IMG/VR virus record: IMGVR_UViG_3300021379_000425
Span: 21,253-85,252 of that record
DNA length: 64,000 nt
Reading direction: 5' to 3' (one strand)
Origin: a virus
The notes beneath the pieces are model-generated. The model was not told where the DNA came from. It searched no databases and worked only from the letters and a program-made list of their open reading frames with translations. The position numbers and the translations under genes were made by a program. Of this stretch, positions 55,317-64,000 are shown piece by piece. Every line of letters begins with the position of its first letter. Positions within the stretch are counted from its first letter, which is position 1.

Positions 55317-58300
55317 AGGCGGTGATGTGTCTGTCACAAGAACACTTAATTCATTGCACCAATGAACTACTCAAGTCATTGACAGACGGTTTTGAACTAA
55401 GAACATCAGCGGCAGAATACATTCTCGCATTTGAGAATATGAAAAAATCGCCTACCGATGGATTTTATTTAACGCTAAAAAGACAGGCAGATAGCATCAT
55501 CAAAGAAGAGGATGATGAGACATTCGTTGACATGGATTATGACAAAACTGAGGGTGAAGGCTTACTCCTAGCCACACATCATACTCACGGTGAACCTACT
55601 AACCATGTATGGAAAGATGGTTTAGCATCACCCGATGACCCTAAACATAGGATGTCTACATGGCCTTCTTATTTTCCTAAATCCATGCAACACTCTCACC
55701 AAACACAACATTTTCCCTTCCATGAAGCGAATCACCCATTATTGAGAACACATGCCGTAACTGGTATGCCTCACTTTGTAGAGATGTTACGAAGTCATTC
55801 TCTTGGTGGTAAAATAAAAGAAGAAAAAGAAATGGAGAAGGATTTCTTTTCCCATCTTCCACACGACCATCCTATCAAAGCAGGTTATACCGCTGGTTTC
55901 TTTGATAAAAAGAATATACCATTGATGGGTAATATACACATAAACGGTAGCACAGTGACTCATCAAGATGACATGTACGAGAGAGATTATGCTAGATGGC
56001 TAAAAGAAAATTCTTTCCAAGAAGAAGATTTAGTGAAGGAAGGATACAAACCTGACGACATTGAGAAAATTATGCGTGAAAGGCATTTTGATGATAGAGC
56101 AAAAGACTGGATTTCGGAAGATATAGACCCTTACAGCGGTCTTCCTACTGCTCTTGGACACATGGGGTACATGTTAGGTTTAGAATGGTTAAACCCCGAA
56201 GAAAGAAATGCCGTTTTAGAACATCTTGATGATGTAGGTGTGGATAAATACAAGAGAATTAAATTACCTAATGGTGAATCAATTCCAACGACTAGACTCA
56301 CCTACAATGCATTAATGCGTATGACACCCGAAATGAATTGGGCTATTAGACCAAATACTCACAAGGGTAGAAATGCACACATGTATCAAGAAAATAACGA
56401 AACAGATTACAATCAAGGAGAAGGTATCTTCCTAAGACAATCTTTGGGTACGCTATCACATGTACCGCTTGTACATATGGGCGGTGCGAGCATGTCCGAG
56501 ATTGTTCTTGACAAGTTGCATGAGATGTACGAAGTAGATGGTAGAAAAACACTTACACATATGCCTAAATTGGATTTACATAAGAATAAACCAATGGCAG
56601 AACTAGAGTGGGAAGAACTACAAGATGCTACTGCAAGACATTTCAAAAAGAACACGCCAAGAAGTCAACAGAAAATAAGAATGTCATTTGAAGACTTACT
56701 ACACTTAGGAGGATATGACCCTAACACTAGAGAATTAATGCAAGACCATCCTTTGTACGGTAATTTAGAAGAACCTGTTATTCCATTAGAAGACTTAGAT
56801 ACTATCTACCAAATGGCAAAAGATGGCGGTTCTTTGAAGTCTAAAATAAAAGATGTGAGAAAACATAGAGGATTTTTCACATCTGTATATGGACCACATC
56901 CCGATGAAGAAAAAGCACCCTATTGGAGAGAAGATGAATACGGTGATTTTACTTTTGGACCGGGCGCATTTTGGTCTTCACCTTTCCAAGTCAAGGGAGG
57001 TGCGGGAATTTCACTACCTACATACCTTGAATCAGTACATGCTAATACTCAAGATGAAAATGGTGACTCGTTTTTGTTCGATATTAGAGGTGAAAGTGAA
57101 AATTATATTCAACCTAGAGAGAATATGACATCGTTAATCAATCACTTTATGCCTGAGCGAACTTCACCCATAGGTAAATATGAACTAATATCTACGCCCA
57201 CTAAGGCTGGTATGTCTAAAATAGTAGGAGGTAAGTTCAAATATAACTACAATCAAGATTTGCTACAAAATATGTTATCACCTTTCAATACTTCTAGGGT
57301 TGTTGGTACAAGAGAAGGTATTACTGACAAGAACAATTACACTGAACATAAGTCTAGTCTTTCACCTCAGTATGAATATGCACTTAGAAACATGAATTCT
57401 ATGCAAAGAAAAGAACTGGGTAATCATAGAGAGCCTTCTAAGTTCCCAGTTTCTATTATACCTACTATGGTAGCAAAACCTGAGATGATGTATGGTGCTT
57501 CTACGAGCGATAGTAGATTACTTGAAAATGCACAGTTATCACACTTCATAGAAACTTTAGGAGGGCAAATGAAGCACCCTCACACACCTGCTGAAAAATC
57601 AATAATGTCTTACAAAGATTTGATGAGAGGCGATGAGGCTGTATCGGGCGGTATCACTAGAGATGATTTTACTGATTATATGGGATGGGGAGTTAAACTA
57701 CCCAGTTTCCAAAATCTAAAGAATCAGTTCATGAATGACAAGACATTGAATTCAGCACTTAGGATAATTAATGCAATTGCTAAAATAGAGAATACGAATA
57801 ATCCTAGTAAAATTTTGAATTTCTTAGAAGATGATGACAAGTTGTTAGAATTGAAAAATTCTTTAGGATATTCTGTAAGTGATAAGTTACCTATTGACTC
57901 GGTTTATTCTGCAATTGATGGACTTGCTAACACTATGAAAGAAAGAGGCGATGCGAAAAATCCTACTAGACTTGATTCTATATCACACATGCTAGGATTC
58001 GGTGGGGCTTTACCTATGTTTGAGCAAGAGACTCAACTCAATGATGAGATTGAAAAAATCAATAAACAATTAGCAGGTGCAGAAGACCCAACTACTGTTG
58101 AGATGCTGAGAGAACAATTAGCAGAAAAGTCACAACAACTACAACAAATTCAACAGCAAAGCATGACGAAAGTAATGGGTAAACCTTCAAGTCATTGGGA
58201 AATAAATGCAAAATATCTCAATGATATTGCGTCTAGTCACAGAAAATTAGTAGCCGAGGTTGCTCGTGATAAAATAGTACCAGCAATGTTAGAGGCTGAC

Positions 58301-61009
58301 CCTAATGCTTTCGATACCAGTAATCCTGCTACATTTATTGCCAACAATGCAAGAGCGTTTAGAGATGCTCAAAGATATATCTCGTCTGTACCTCATAGGG
58401 TACACGGTTTAACAGTCAAGAATTATGGTATTGGTACACAGATTAGAGAGAATAAAGGCAAGTCCTCATTCCACACAAATCTTGCACAGCATCTAAACAA
58501 AGATGGTACTGTGATAGATGGTAACATGAGCGTATCTCAAGTTCTTGATACGCTAGGTATCAAACCTTCTACTAAAGCGAATGAACACGCTAGAGAATTA
58601 ATCAATGAAAGTAATAAATTCAATACACCACTGATGGTTTCTACAATTGGTAATCTACTCAAGAACGGTGCATTCAAAGACATAAAAGGTGCAAGTACTG
58701 AACATCTTTTACAAAATGAAGAGTTACAAGTCCGAGAACTTGGAGATTTAAATAACGATGAATTATTTAATAGATTACTTCACGAAGAAGATTATCACAG
58801 TGCGATGGATGCTCTACAACCTAAACTGAGTGAAGGAGATTGGAAGAAGCATTACTCTCATCAGTTACCTAGTAGATTGAATTTATTGTTGAATCAACAA
58901 CAGTTTGGACACGATATGTTAGCCGCTGGTGTAGGTGCGATTAGAAATGATATTCACGGTATGAGAGATTTCAAACAGAAGGGTAAAGGTAAGACATCTG
59001 CACAGACTAAGAATCATTTAGACACGATAGTTCACTTCAATCCAACCGTTTTAGATGATGAAGAAGGTATTTTCACACCCGAAAGAAGTGTTGTGCAAAC
59101 TGCTGGTTTAATAGATAATCTTCCAGTAGGTGCGCCTAACCCTGCTCATGGTTCTTTGATGGACACATTTGACGCTGGTGGGCATCACAAAGCATACGAA
59201 TTGAGTCCTACTGTCGGATGTGAGTTCACTGCTGATGGACAGATTATCGCTGGTACAAATGTAGGCGATGGTCTATATCACAGTGTACCTCATGAGTTAA
59301 CCGATATGGTACACGGACAAGATGTAAGACAACAAGTATGGAGTAATGCACCTCCACCTGCTTATCTGTACAATGCACATCAAAGCATGAACTATGAAAA
59401 TTATTCAATGATGAGCGATAATCCTTCTTCTATCGCTATGAGTGAAATGACAGAATTGATTACATCACTCCTTGACCCCGATATTCTACTAACAAAATCC
59501 GATGAGGCTTCATGGACACCACCTGTAAGACCAATGCACAGAATCTTTGACATGAATGACTTAGAACATTTGAGAGGATTCAGTGGCTCTTGGGTAGTTA
59601 GTAAATGGTATGATGGAAAAAGAATTGTACTTGTAAAGAACGGTGAAGAGATTACTGCTTACGATGAAAACGGTAAAAAGAAAGGCTTGAAGAAAGCAAC
59701 TAAAGAAGCCGTAGAAAAACTAAATGACAAAAACTACACATTAGATGCTATACTTGGTGAAGAAGAATTGAATATTATAGACATCATCAATTATGATGAT
59801 AACAATATATCCGACATGCACATGCATGAAAGAATGAAGATTTTACGCTCACAATTTGATAGTCAAGAGAATGTGATTGTACCGGGTCCACACGATACTA
59901 GAATGACAGACAATGAGGGATTAGAAGATGCCATCAAATCTCTAAAAGAAGACCACGACAACATCCTACTAAGAGATAACAAGTCTACATACATGAAGGG
60001 CGAGCGAAGACATCCTAAGTGGGTGCTACTAAGAGAGGCTAGAGATTTCAACTTCATTGTACTAGATAGGAGAGGGAAAGGACCTTACACATACCAACTA
60101 GGCGCAGGACCATTGTTAGATGACAGTGGATTAGGTAATCGTGTAATCGAAATCAAGGGTAGTCACTACATGGATGTAGGAACTGCACACAACCAACAAA
60201 GAGCATTCAAGATAGGTGACATTGTTAGAGCATCTATTACTGGTGTAACTAAGAAGAACAGAAAGGAAAGACCTGTTTACAATGTACAATTCAAAGAGAT
60301 AGAAGGCGAAGGAGAAGGAGAAGGTGCGGCAAGCACAGAATCTCTTGACTTACTCACTAAGTCCTTTGCACCTGTATTGCTACCACATGACATAGAAGTA
60401 AACGATTCTCATATTCAAATAATCATGAAAGATTTAGATGTAGTCAGTTATGAGTATGAGAAGTTCAATGATTGCTGGATGATACATTCTCCTACAAGTG
60501 CTGTTGGTTCTTTAAAGAAAGCAGACTATCCTGTGATATTGGCTGAGAGCCTTCAACCATACTGGTCGCCGCTTGCGCCATTAATGATAGAGGGATATTT
60601 GCAGAAGGCTGAGATGGATATGCCAAAGAAACCGACAGAAGAGCAAATGGAAGAGGGTAGTGCTGGTATCATAGAAGAAGATGATGAGAATAGGCTACTC
60701 AAACCAAACATGAAGAAGAAAGCATTGGAGTTGATGATTCGCACACTGGATACCATATCCAAAGAAAGAATGACATGGACTGGTCCAAAAGGCTTAGGTA
60801 TAGACATGGTAACACCCGATGAATCGCCTCGTGGACCTACAAAGTTGAGAGATGATGCCACCTTACCGGACTTTGATGGTGAAAGGGAAGAATCGGATGA
60901 TGAAGAAAAAAATAACCGTAAAGAAAGATTAAATCACCTAAAAATAAGTGATAGAGAGGGTGGAGAGGTAAATTTGGACTACGAAAACGACCAACCTATT
61001 TTATCGTGA
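55313..61009 (+). CDS. 1898-aa head-region protein with C-terminal ATP-dependent DNA ligase-like domain (probably inactive)
   Basis: SKWYDGKR, TLDAIL, IIDII, DNILLRDNKSTYMKGERRHPKWVLLR, then an OB-fold. Confidence 0.75.
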   Translation: MKAVMCLSQEHLIHCTNELLKSLTDGFELRTSAAEYILAFENMKKSPTDGFYLTLKRQADSIIKEEDDETFVDMDYDKTEGEGLLLATHHTHGEPTNHVWKDGLASPDDPKHRMSTWPSYFPKSMQHSHQTQHFPFHEANHPLLRTHAVTGMPHFVEMLRSHSLGGKIKEEKEMEKDFFSHLPHDHPIKAGYTAGFFDKKNIPLMGNIHINGSTVTHQDDMYERDYARWLKENSFQEEDLVKEGYKPDDIEKIMRERHFDDRAKDWISEDIDPYSGLPTALGHMGYMLGLEWLNPEERNAVLEHLDDVGVDKYKRIKLPNGESIPTTRLTYNALMRMTPEMNWAIRPNTHKGRNAHMYQENNETDYNQGEGIFLRQSLGTLSHVPLVHMGGASMSEIVLDKLHEMYEVDGRKTLTHMPKLDLHKNKPMAELEWEELQDATARHFKKNTPRSQQKIRMSFEDLLHLGGYDPNTRELMQDHPLYGNLEEPVIPLEDLDTIYQMAKDGGSLKSKIKDVRKHRGFFTSVYGPHPDEEKAPYWREDEYGDFTFGPGAFWSSPFQVKGGAGISLPTYLESVHANTQDENGDSFLFDIRGESENYIQPRENMTSLINHFMPERTSPIGKYELISTPTKAGMSKIVGGKFKYNYNQDLLQNMLSPFNTSRVVGTREGITDKNNYTEHKSSLSPQYEYALRNMNSMQRKELGNHREPSKFPVSIIPTMVAKPEMMYGASTSDSRLLENAQLSHFIETLGGQMKHPHTPAEKSIMSYKDLMRGDEAVSGGITRDDFTDYMGWGVKLPSFQNLKNQFMNDKTLNSALRIINAIAKIENTNNPSKILNFLEDDDKLLELKNSLGYSVSDKLPIDSVYSAIDGLANTMKERGDAKNPTRLDSISHMLGFGGALPMFEQETQLNDEIEKINKQLAGAEDPTTVEMLREQLAEKSQQLQQIQQQSMTKVMGKPSSHWEINAKYLNDIASSHRKLVAEVARDKIVPAMLEADPNAFDTSNPATFIANNARAFRDAQRYISSVPHRVHGLTVKNYGIGTQIRENKGKSSFHTNLAQHLNKDGTVIDGNMSVSQVLDTLGIKPSTKANEHARELINESNKFNTPLMVSTIGNLLKNGAFKDIKGASTEHLLQNEELQVRELGDLNNDELFNRLLHEEDYHSAMDALQPKLSEGDWKKHYSHQLPSRLNLLLNQQQFGHDMLAAGVGAIRNDIHGMRDFKQKGKGKTSAQTKNHLDTIVHFNPTVLDDEEGIFTPERSVVQTAGLIDNLPVGAPNPAHGSLMDTFDAGGHHKAYELSPTVGCEFTADGQIIAGTNVGDGLYHSVPHELTDMVHGQDVRQQVWSNAPPPAYLYNAHQSMNYENYSMMSDNPSSIAMSEMTELITSLLDPDILLTKSDEASWTPPVRPMHRIFDMNDLEHLRGFSGSWVVSKWYDGKRIVLVKNGEEITAYDENGKKKGLKKATKEAVEKLNDKNYTLDAILGEEELNIIDIINYDDNNISDMHMHERMKILRSQFDSQENVIVPGPHDTRMTDNEGLEDAIKSLKEDHDNILLRDNKSTYMKGERRHPKWVLLREARDFNFIVLDRRGKGPYTYQLGAGPLLDDSGLGNRVIEIKGSHYMDVGTAHNQQRAFKIGDIVRASITGVTKKNRKERPVYNVQFKEIEGEGEGEGAASTESLDLLTKSFAPVLLPHDIEVNDSHIQIIMKDLDVVSYEYEKFNDCWMIHSPTSAVGSLKKADYPVILAESLQPYWSPLAPLMIEGYLQKAEMDMPKKPTEEQMEEGSAGIIEEDDENRLLKPNMKKKALELMIRTLDTISKERMTWTGPKGLGIDMVTPDESPRGPTKLRDDATLPDFDGEREESDDEEKNNRKERLNHLKISDREGGEVNLDYENDQPILS

Positions 61010-61054
61010 ATTAACTACCTCTTTAATATACCATGAGTAATCTAGCACAGGTTA

Positions 61055-62431
61055 ATGCTAACACTAAGAAACCCCGAATCCGGTATTGCTCTCGTTAAGA
61101 GCAGTACAGATTTGGTTGTTGCTGGCTATGCGTCAGTAGAGTTAGTAGACAAGCAAGGCGACTTGATTACTCGTGGTGCTTTGAAAGATGCCTTTGATGG
61201 CTTCATGAAGAGCGAGAAGTATAGAAATGTTCAACTTGCACACTCAAACATACAAGTTGGAGAAGTAATTGATAGTTACATAGACTCCAACGGAAGAATG
61301 TGGAAATCCGAATGTGATGACGCAGGTATGTTTGTCGTAGTTAAACTCCGCAACGATATTGAGAAGGCTCGTGAAGTAGCCGCCGAAATCCGTAAGGGCA
61401 ACCTTCGTGGATTCTCTATTGGAGGTCAAGCCTTCAAGAGAGTTCGCAAGTCCGATATGGAAAAAGGCGACTACCAAGAGATTTCAAAAATGGAGTTGCA
61501 TGAGATAACTATATGCGAAAAGGGTATCAACCCGGAAGCACAGTTTACCATCTTAAAGGAGGATAATACCATGACAGAAACAACAGAAATTGGTGATTTG
61601 ATGAACAGGCTAGAAGCCCGACTTGACGCTATGGAGAAAGGCGAACTTCCTCCTGCTCTCCGTGAACATATGGAAGGCAAAAAAGAGTCTAAGGCTGACA
61701 AGACCGAAGAACCTAAAGAAGAAAAAGAAGAAGAAGAGAGTGACGAAAAGATGTACGCAAAAGGTGAAGAATACAGCGATGTCATTTCCTCCGAGTACCT
61801 AAACTGGATGGAAGACACACTAAAATCTGCTGGCGTAGATGTTGCTGGCGTAAGAACACACTTCGACAACTTAGAGAAGGCTCAACTTGGTGGCTTCGAC
61901 AACCCGGATGCGGTTGACGGTGCTGACTACTTTGCTGGACAAGTTAGAGGAAGAGGACAAGACAAAGGTTCTCCTTCCACTGGTGCAATCTCCGCAATCT
62001 CCGCTAGTGGTGGAAAAACACCTGCTGGTGCAATGGGTCCTGCGGAAGTATCCAAAGGATACCTAAACAGTGAAAATGTCAGTGATGCTGACATCGAAGC
62101 GGCTTACGAAGTTTACAAGCAAGCGGCAAAAGAACAACACTTCCGCAATGACTTGGAAAAATCATTTGCTAACAGATTCAACAATGAACTAGAGGTCGCA
62201 AAGGCTGAGGCTGAGAAATCTGCTTTCGATGCTCGTGCGCCACTAGCAGACATCGTAAAGTCAATCGAGGCTTTGTCCGAGAGAATTGACAACATGGGTG
62301 CAGTAAGCGGTACACCAATCGCTAAATCTGCATCTGCTTCAAACATTGAGATTCCTTCTACACAGGATATGGCAAATATGGGCTGGGATGAAGTTCACGC
62401 CCTTGCTAACAGAACATTAAGAGGGGAGTGA
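61055..62431 (+). CDS. Prohead protease (HK97/U35 type) fused to scaffold
   Basis: VAGYASVELVDKQGD, QLAH, GFSIGG, LHEITICEKGINPEA; coiled-coil C-terminus. Confidence 0.9.
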   Translation: MLTLRNPESGIALVKSSTDLVVAGYASVELVDKQGDLITRGALKDAFDGFMKSEKYRNVQLAHSNIQVGEVIDSYIDSNGRMWKSECDDAGMFVVVKLRNDIEKAREVAAEIRKGNLRGFSIGGQAFKRVRKSDMEKGDYQEISKMELHEITICEKGINPEAQFTILKEDNTMTETTEIGDLMNRLEARLDAMEKGELPPALREHMEGKKESKADKTEEPKEEKEEEESDEKMYAKGEEYSDVISSEYLNWMEDTLKSAGVDVAGVRTHFDNLEKAQLGGFDNPDAVDGADYFAGQVRGRGQDKGSPSTGAISAISASGGKTPAGAMGPAEVSKGYLNSENVSDADIEAAYEVYKQAAKEQHFRNDLEKSFANRFNNELEVAKAEAEKSAFDARAPLADIVKSIEALSERIDNMGAVSGTPIAKSASASNIEIPSTQDMANMGWDEVHALANRTLRGE

Positions 62432-62436
62432 ATAAT

Positions 62437-63537
62437 ATGGCAAGAGATTACATAAGAAACATCAAAGACATGGAGAGATACTACTACGGTGCTGGAAACG
62501 CAATGGGCTACTCATACAGTGGTAGCGAATTGCTGAAAGCAGATGCACCTATGCTATCTACAACAGCAGGAACATACCAAGCAATCTACGGTAGAAAAGT
62601 TTGGTCACAACTAAACCAAGAATTCAACGCTTTCTCTATCCTACCTAAGAGGCCATGGGAAAGAAGTGGATGGAGAGTAGTTACAGCAAAGCCTTCCTTC
62701 TCAGTTGGAGGCGGTGTTGCTGAGAACGCTACACTACCTGAGACAACCAAGCCTACCTTCCAACACATTGCGGCAAAGCCTAAGACAGTTGTTCACACAT
62801 TCGACATGTCCGAGACAGCAATGTTCCTATCCGACAAAGATGACGGACTAGGCGACATTAGAGCAGTTCTAAAGGAAGAGATGGGTAAGCACCACGCTGA
62901 ACACATCAACCAAATGCTAACAAAAGACAAAGCAACAGTGGCAGGTAACGATTTCGAGTCACTAGACCGTGTTACCACTGGTGCTTCTGCTGGTACTGAT
63001 GAAGACATTTACTCCATTGATAGAGATGCAAACTCATGGTCATTGGCAGAACACAATGAGAACAGTGGAACTGACAGAAACCTATCACTAGACCAACTTG
63101 ACGACTTGTTCCAAAAGATTTGGACTCGTGGTGGAAATCCAAAGGTTATCCTAACTGGATATGACACACTAATGAGACTACAACAACTTCTACAATCTCA
63201 ACAAAGATTCATGGAAGAAAAGAGAGTTACACCTACCTACAACGGTGTTAAGGGTGTACCCGGTATCGAGGCTGGATTCATCGTAGCAACTTACAACGGT
63301 GTTCCAATCATTCCATCAAAGGATGTAGAATCTGACACAATCAGCAGAATGTACTTCCTAGACACAGACTACCTATACTTCTCCACTGCTATCCCTACTC
63401 AATACTTTGAGAGTGGTATCGAAACTGGCGACCCATTCGCAATCAACAGATTGGGTCAAGAGGGTATGTACCGCACAATGGGTGAACTTTGGACAACTTT
63501 CTTTGGAGGACACGGTTCAGTTCGTGACCTAAAGTGA
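62437..63537 (+). CDS. Major capsid protein (HK97 fold)
   Basis: Directly after the protease; YGRKVWSQLNQEFNAF, GGVAENATLP, VATYNGVPII, YFLDTDYL. Confidence 0.9.
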   Translation: MARDYIRNIKDMERYYYGAGNAMGYSYSGSELLKADAPMLSTTAGTYQAIYGRKVWSQLNQEFNAFSILPKRPWERSGWRVVTAKPSFSVGGGVAENATLPETTKPTFQHIAAKPKTVVHTFDMSETAMFLSDKDDGLGDIRAVLKEEMGKHHAEHINQMLTKDKATVAGNDFESLDRVTTGASAGTDEDIYSIDRDANSWSLAEHNENSGTDRNLSLDQLDDLFQKIWTRGGNPKVILTGYDTLMRLQQLLQSQQRFMEEKRVTPTYNGVKGVPGIEAGFIVATYNGVPIIPSKDVESDTISRMYFLDTDYLYFSTAIPTQYFESGIETGDPFAINRLGQEGMYRTMGELWTTFFGGHGSVRDLK

Positions 63538-63566
63538 GGACATCAAAAATAATGAGGTGAAAAATT

Positions 63567-63962
63567 ATGGCTAAAGAATTAACATTAAGCGGAACAGCAA
63601 CAGCAACTCTTGTAGGTGCATGGGAACTTAGAGCAGGGTCACAAAGTACTACTGAGTGGCTAGACGGTGCGGCAGATGTAACCTATCCGGGCGGTGGTCC
63701 GGGTACTTTCAACGCATCCAACAGCGATGGTGCAAACGGCTACGATGCCGCACCAAAGATGGCTCTTATCAATGTAACAGGTGGTGCAGACGGTGAAACA
63801 ATCATCCTAGCGGGTGGCATTACTTCTATACTTGGTGCATTTACCACTGACACTGGTACTGCGGCAGTATCAGTAGGTGCAAGCGTGTCAAGTCTAACCA
63901 TTACTCTACAATACCTAAGTGGCTCGGCTAACACTACGAGCGTTCTAGTGATGTACAACTGA
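63567..63962 (+). CDS. Beta-rich structural protein (capsid decoration candidate)
   Basis: Thr/Gly/Ala-rich, immediately after the MCP; SD GAGGTGA. Confidence 0.65.
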   Translation: MAKELTLSGTATATLVGAWELRAGSQSTTEWLDGAADVTYPGGGPGTFNASNSDGANGYDAAPKMALINVTGGADGETIILAGGITSILGAFTTDTGTAAVSVGASVSSLTITLQYLSGSANTTSVLVMYN

Positions 63963-63972
63963 GGTTGATTAG

Positions 63973-64000
63973 ATGCCTACGGTAACATTTCTAGGACCTT
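63973..64000 (+). CDS. Start of next structural-region gene (partial)
   Basis: SD GAGGT followed by ATG CCT ACG GTA ACA TTT CTA GGA CCT. Confidence 0.45.

Noticed and set aside
55313-61009. Calling the giant ORF an active DNA ligase or an RNA polymerase
   Set aside because: The ligase catalytic residues appear substituted, and no DxDGD polymerase motif was seen.
1-64000. tRNA/rRNA genes, integrase, reverse transcriptase/DGR
   Set aside because: No cloverleaf with a T-loop consensus was noticed in the intergenic gaps, and no recombinase, RT or TR/VR pair was recognised. This was by eye only; tRNAscan was not run.

Overview
This 64-kb window looks like part of a tailed archaeal virus genome (HK97 fold). 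It most resembles the Magroviruses that infect Marine Group II Poseidoniales; that assignment is inferred from gene content, not from a search. Positions 1 to about 32 kb are all on the minus strand. They hold an archaeal-type replication block (PolB, PCNA, RadA/Sak4-like ATPase, RPA-like protein, RFC) and about 50 tightly coupled early/accessory genes, including DUF932, two PTP-fold phosphatases, a Dam-like MTase, an EndoV-like glycosylase, a HARP/SNF2 helicase and a PEP-utilizer. Nine copies of one 20-bp TATA promoter motif punctuate this arm. From about 32.3 kb the genes are mostly on the plus strand: HMG-CoA lyase, a group of variable proteins, a small-GTPase/membrane module, terminase, portal, a 1898-aa protein ending in a degenerate ligase fold, prohead protease and major capsid protein. 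Three signals stand out. (1) A short peptide tag, (G/S)EPM/F-D-x-A-W-x-x-L-K, recurs on many unrelated cargo domains (kinase-like, GNAT-like, ART-like, HNH-like, HiPIP-like), suggesting a modular capsid-loading and protease-release effector system. (2) An Arf/Rab-like small GTPase sits among membrane proteins. (3) Two related iteron/AT-rich origin-like elements bracket the strand switch. All functional calls come from motifs recognised by eye; no database searches were run.
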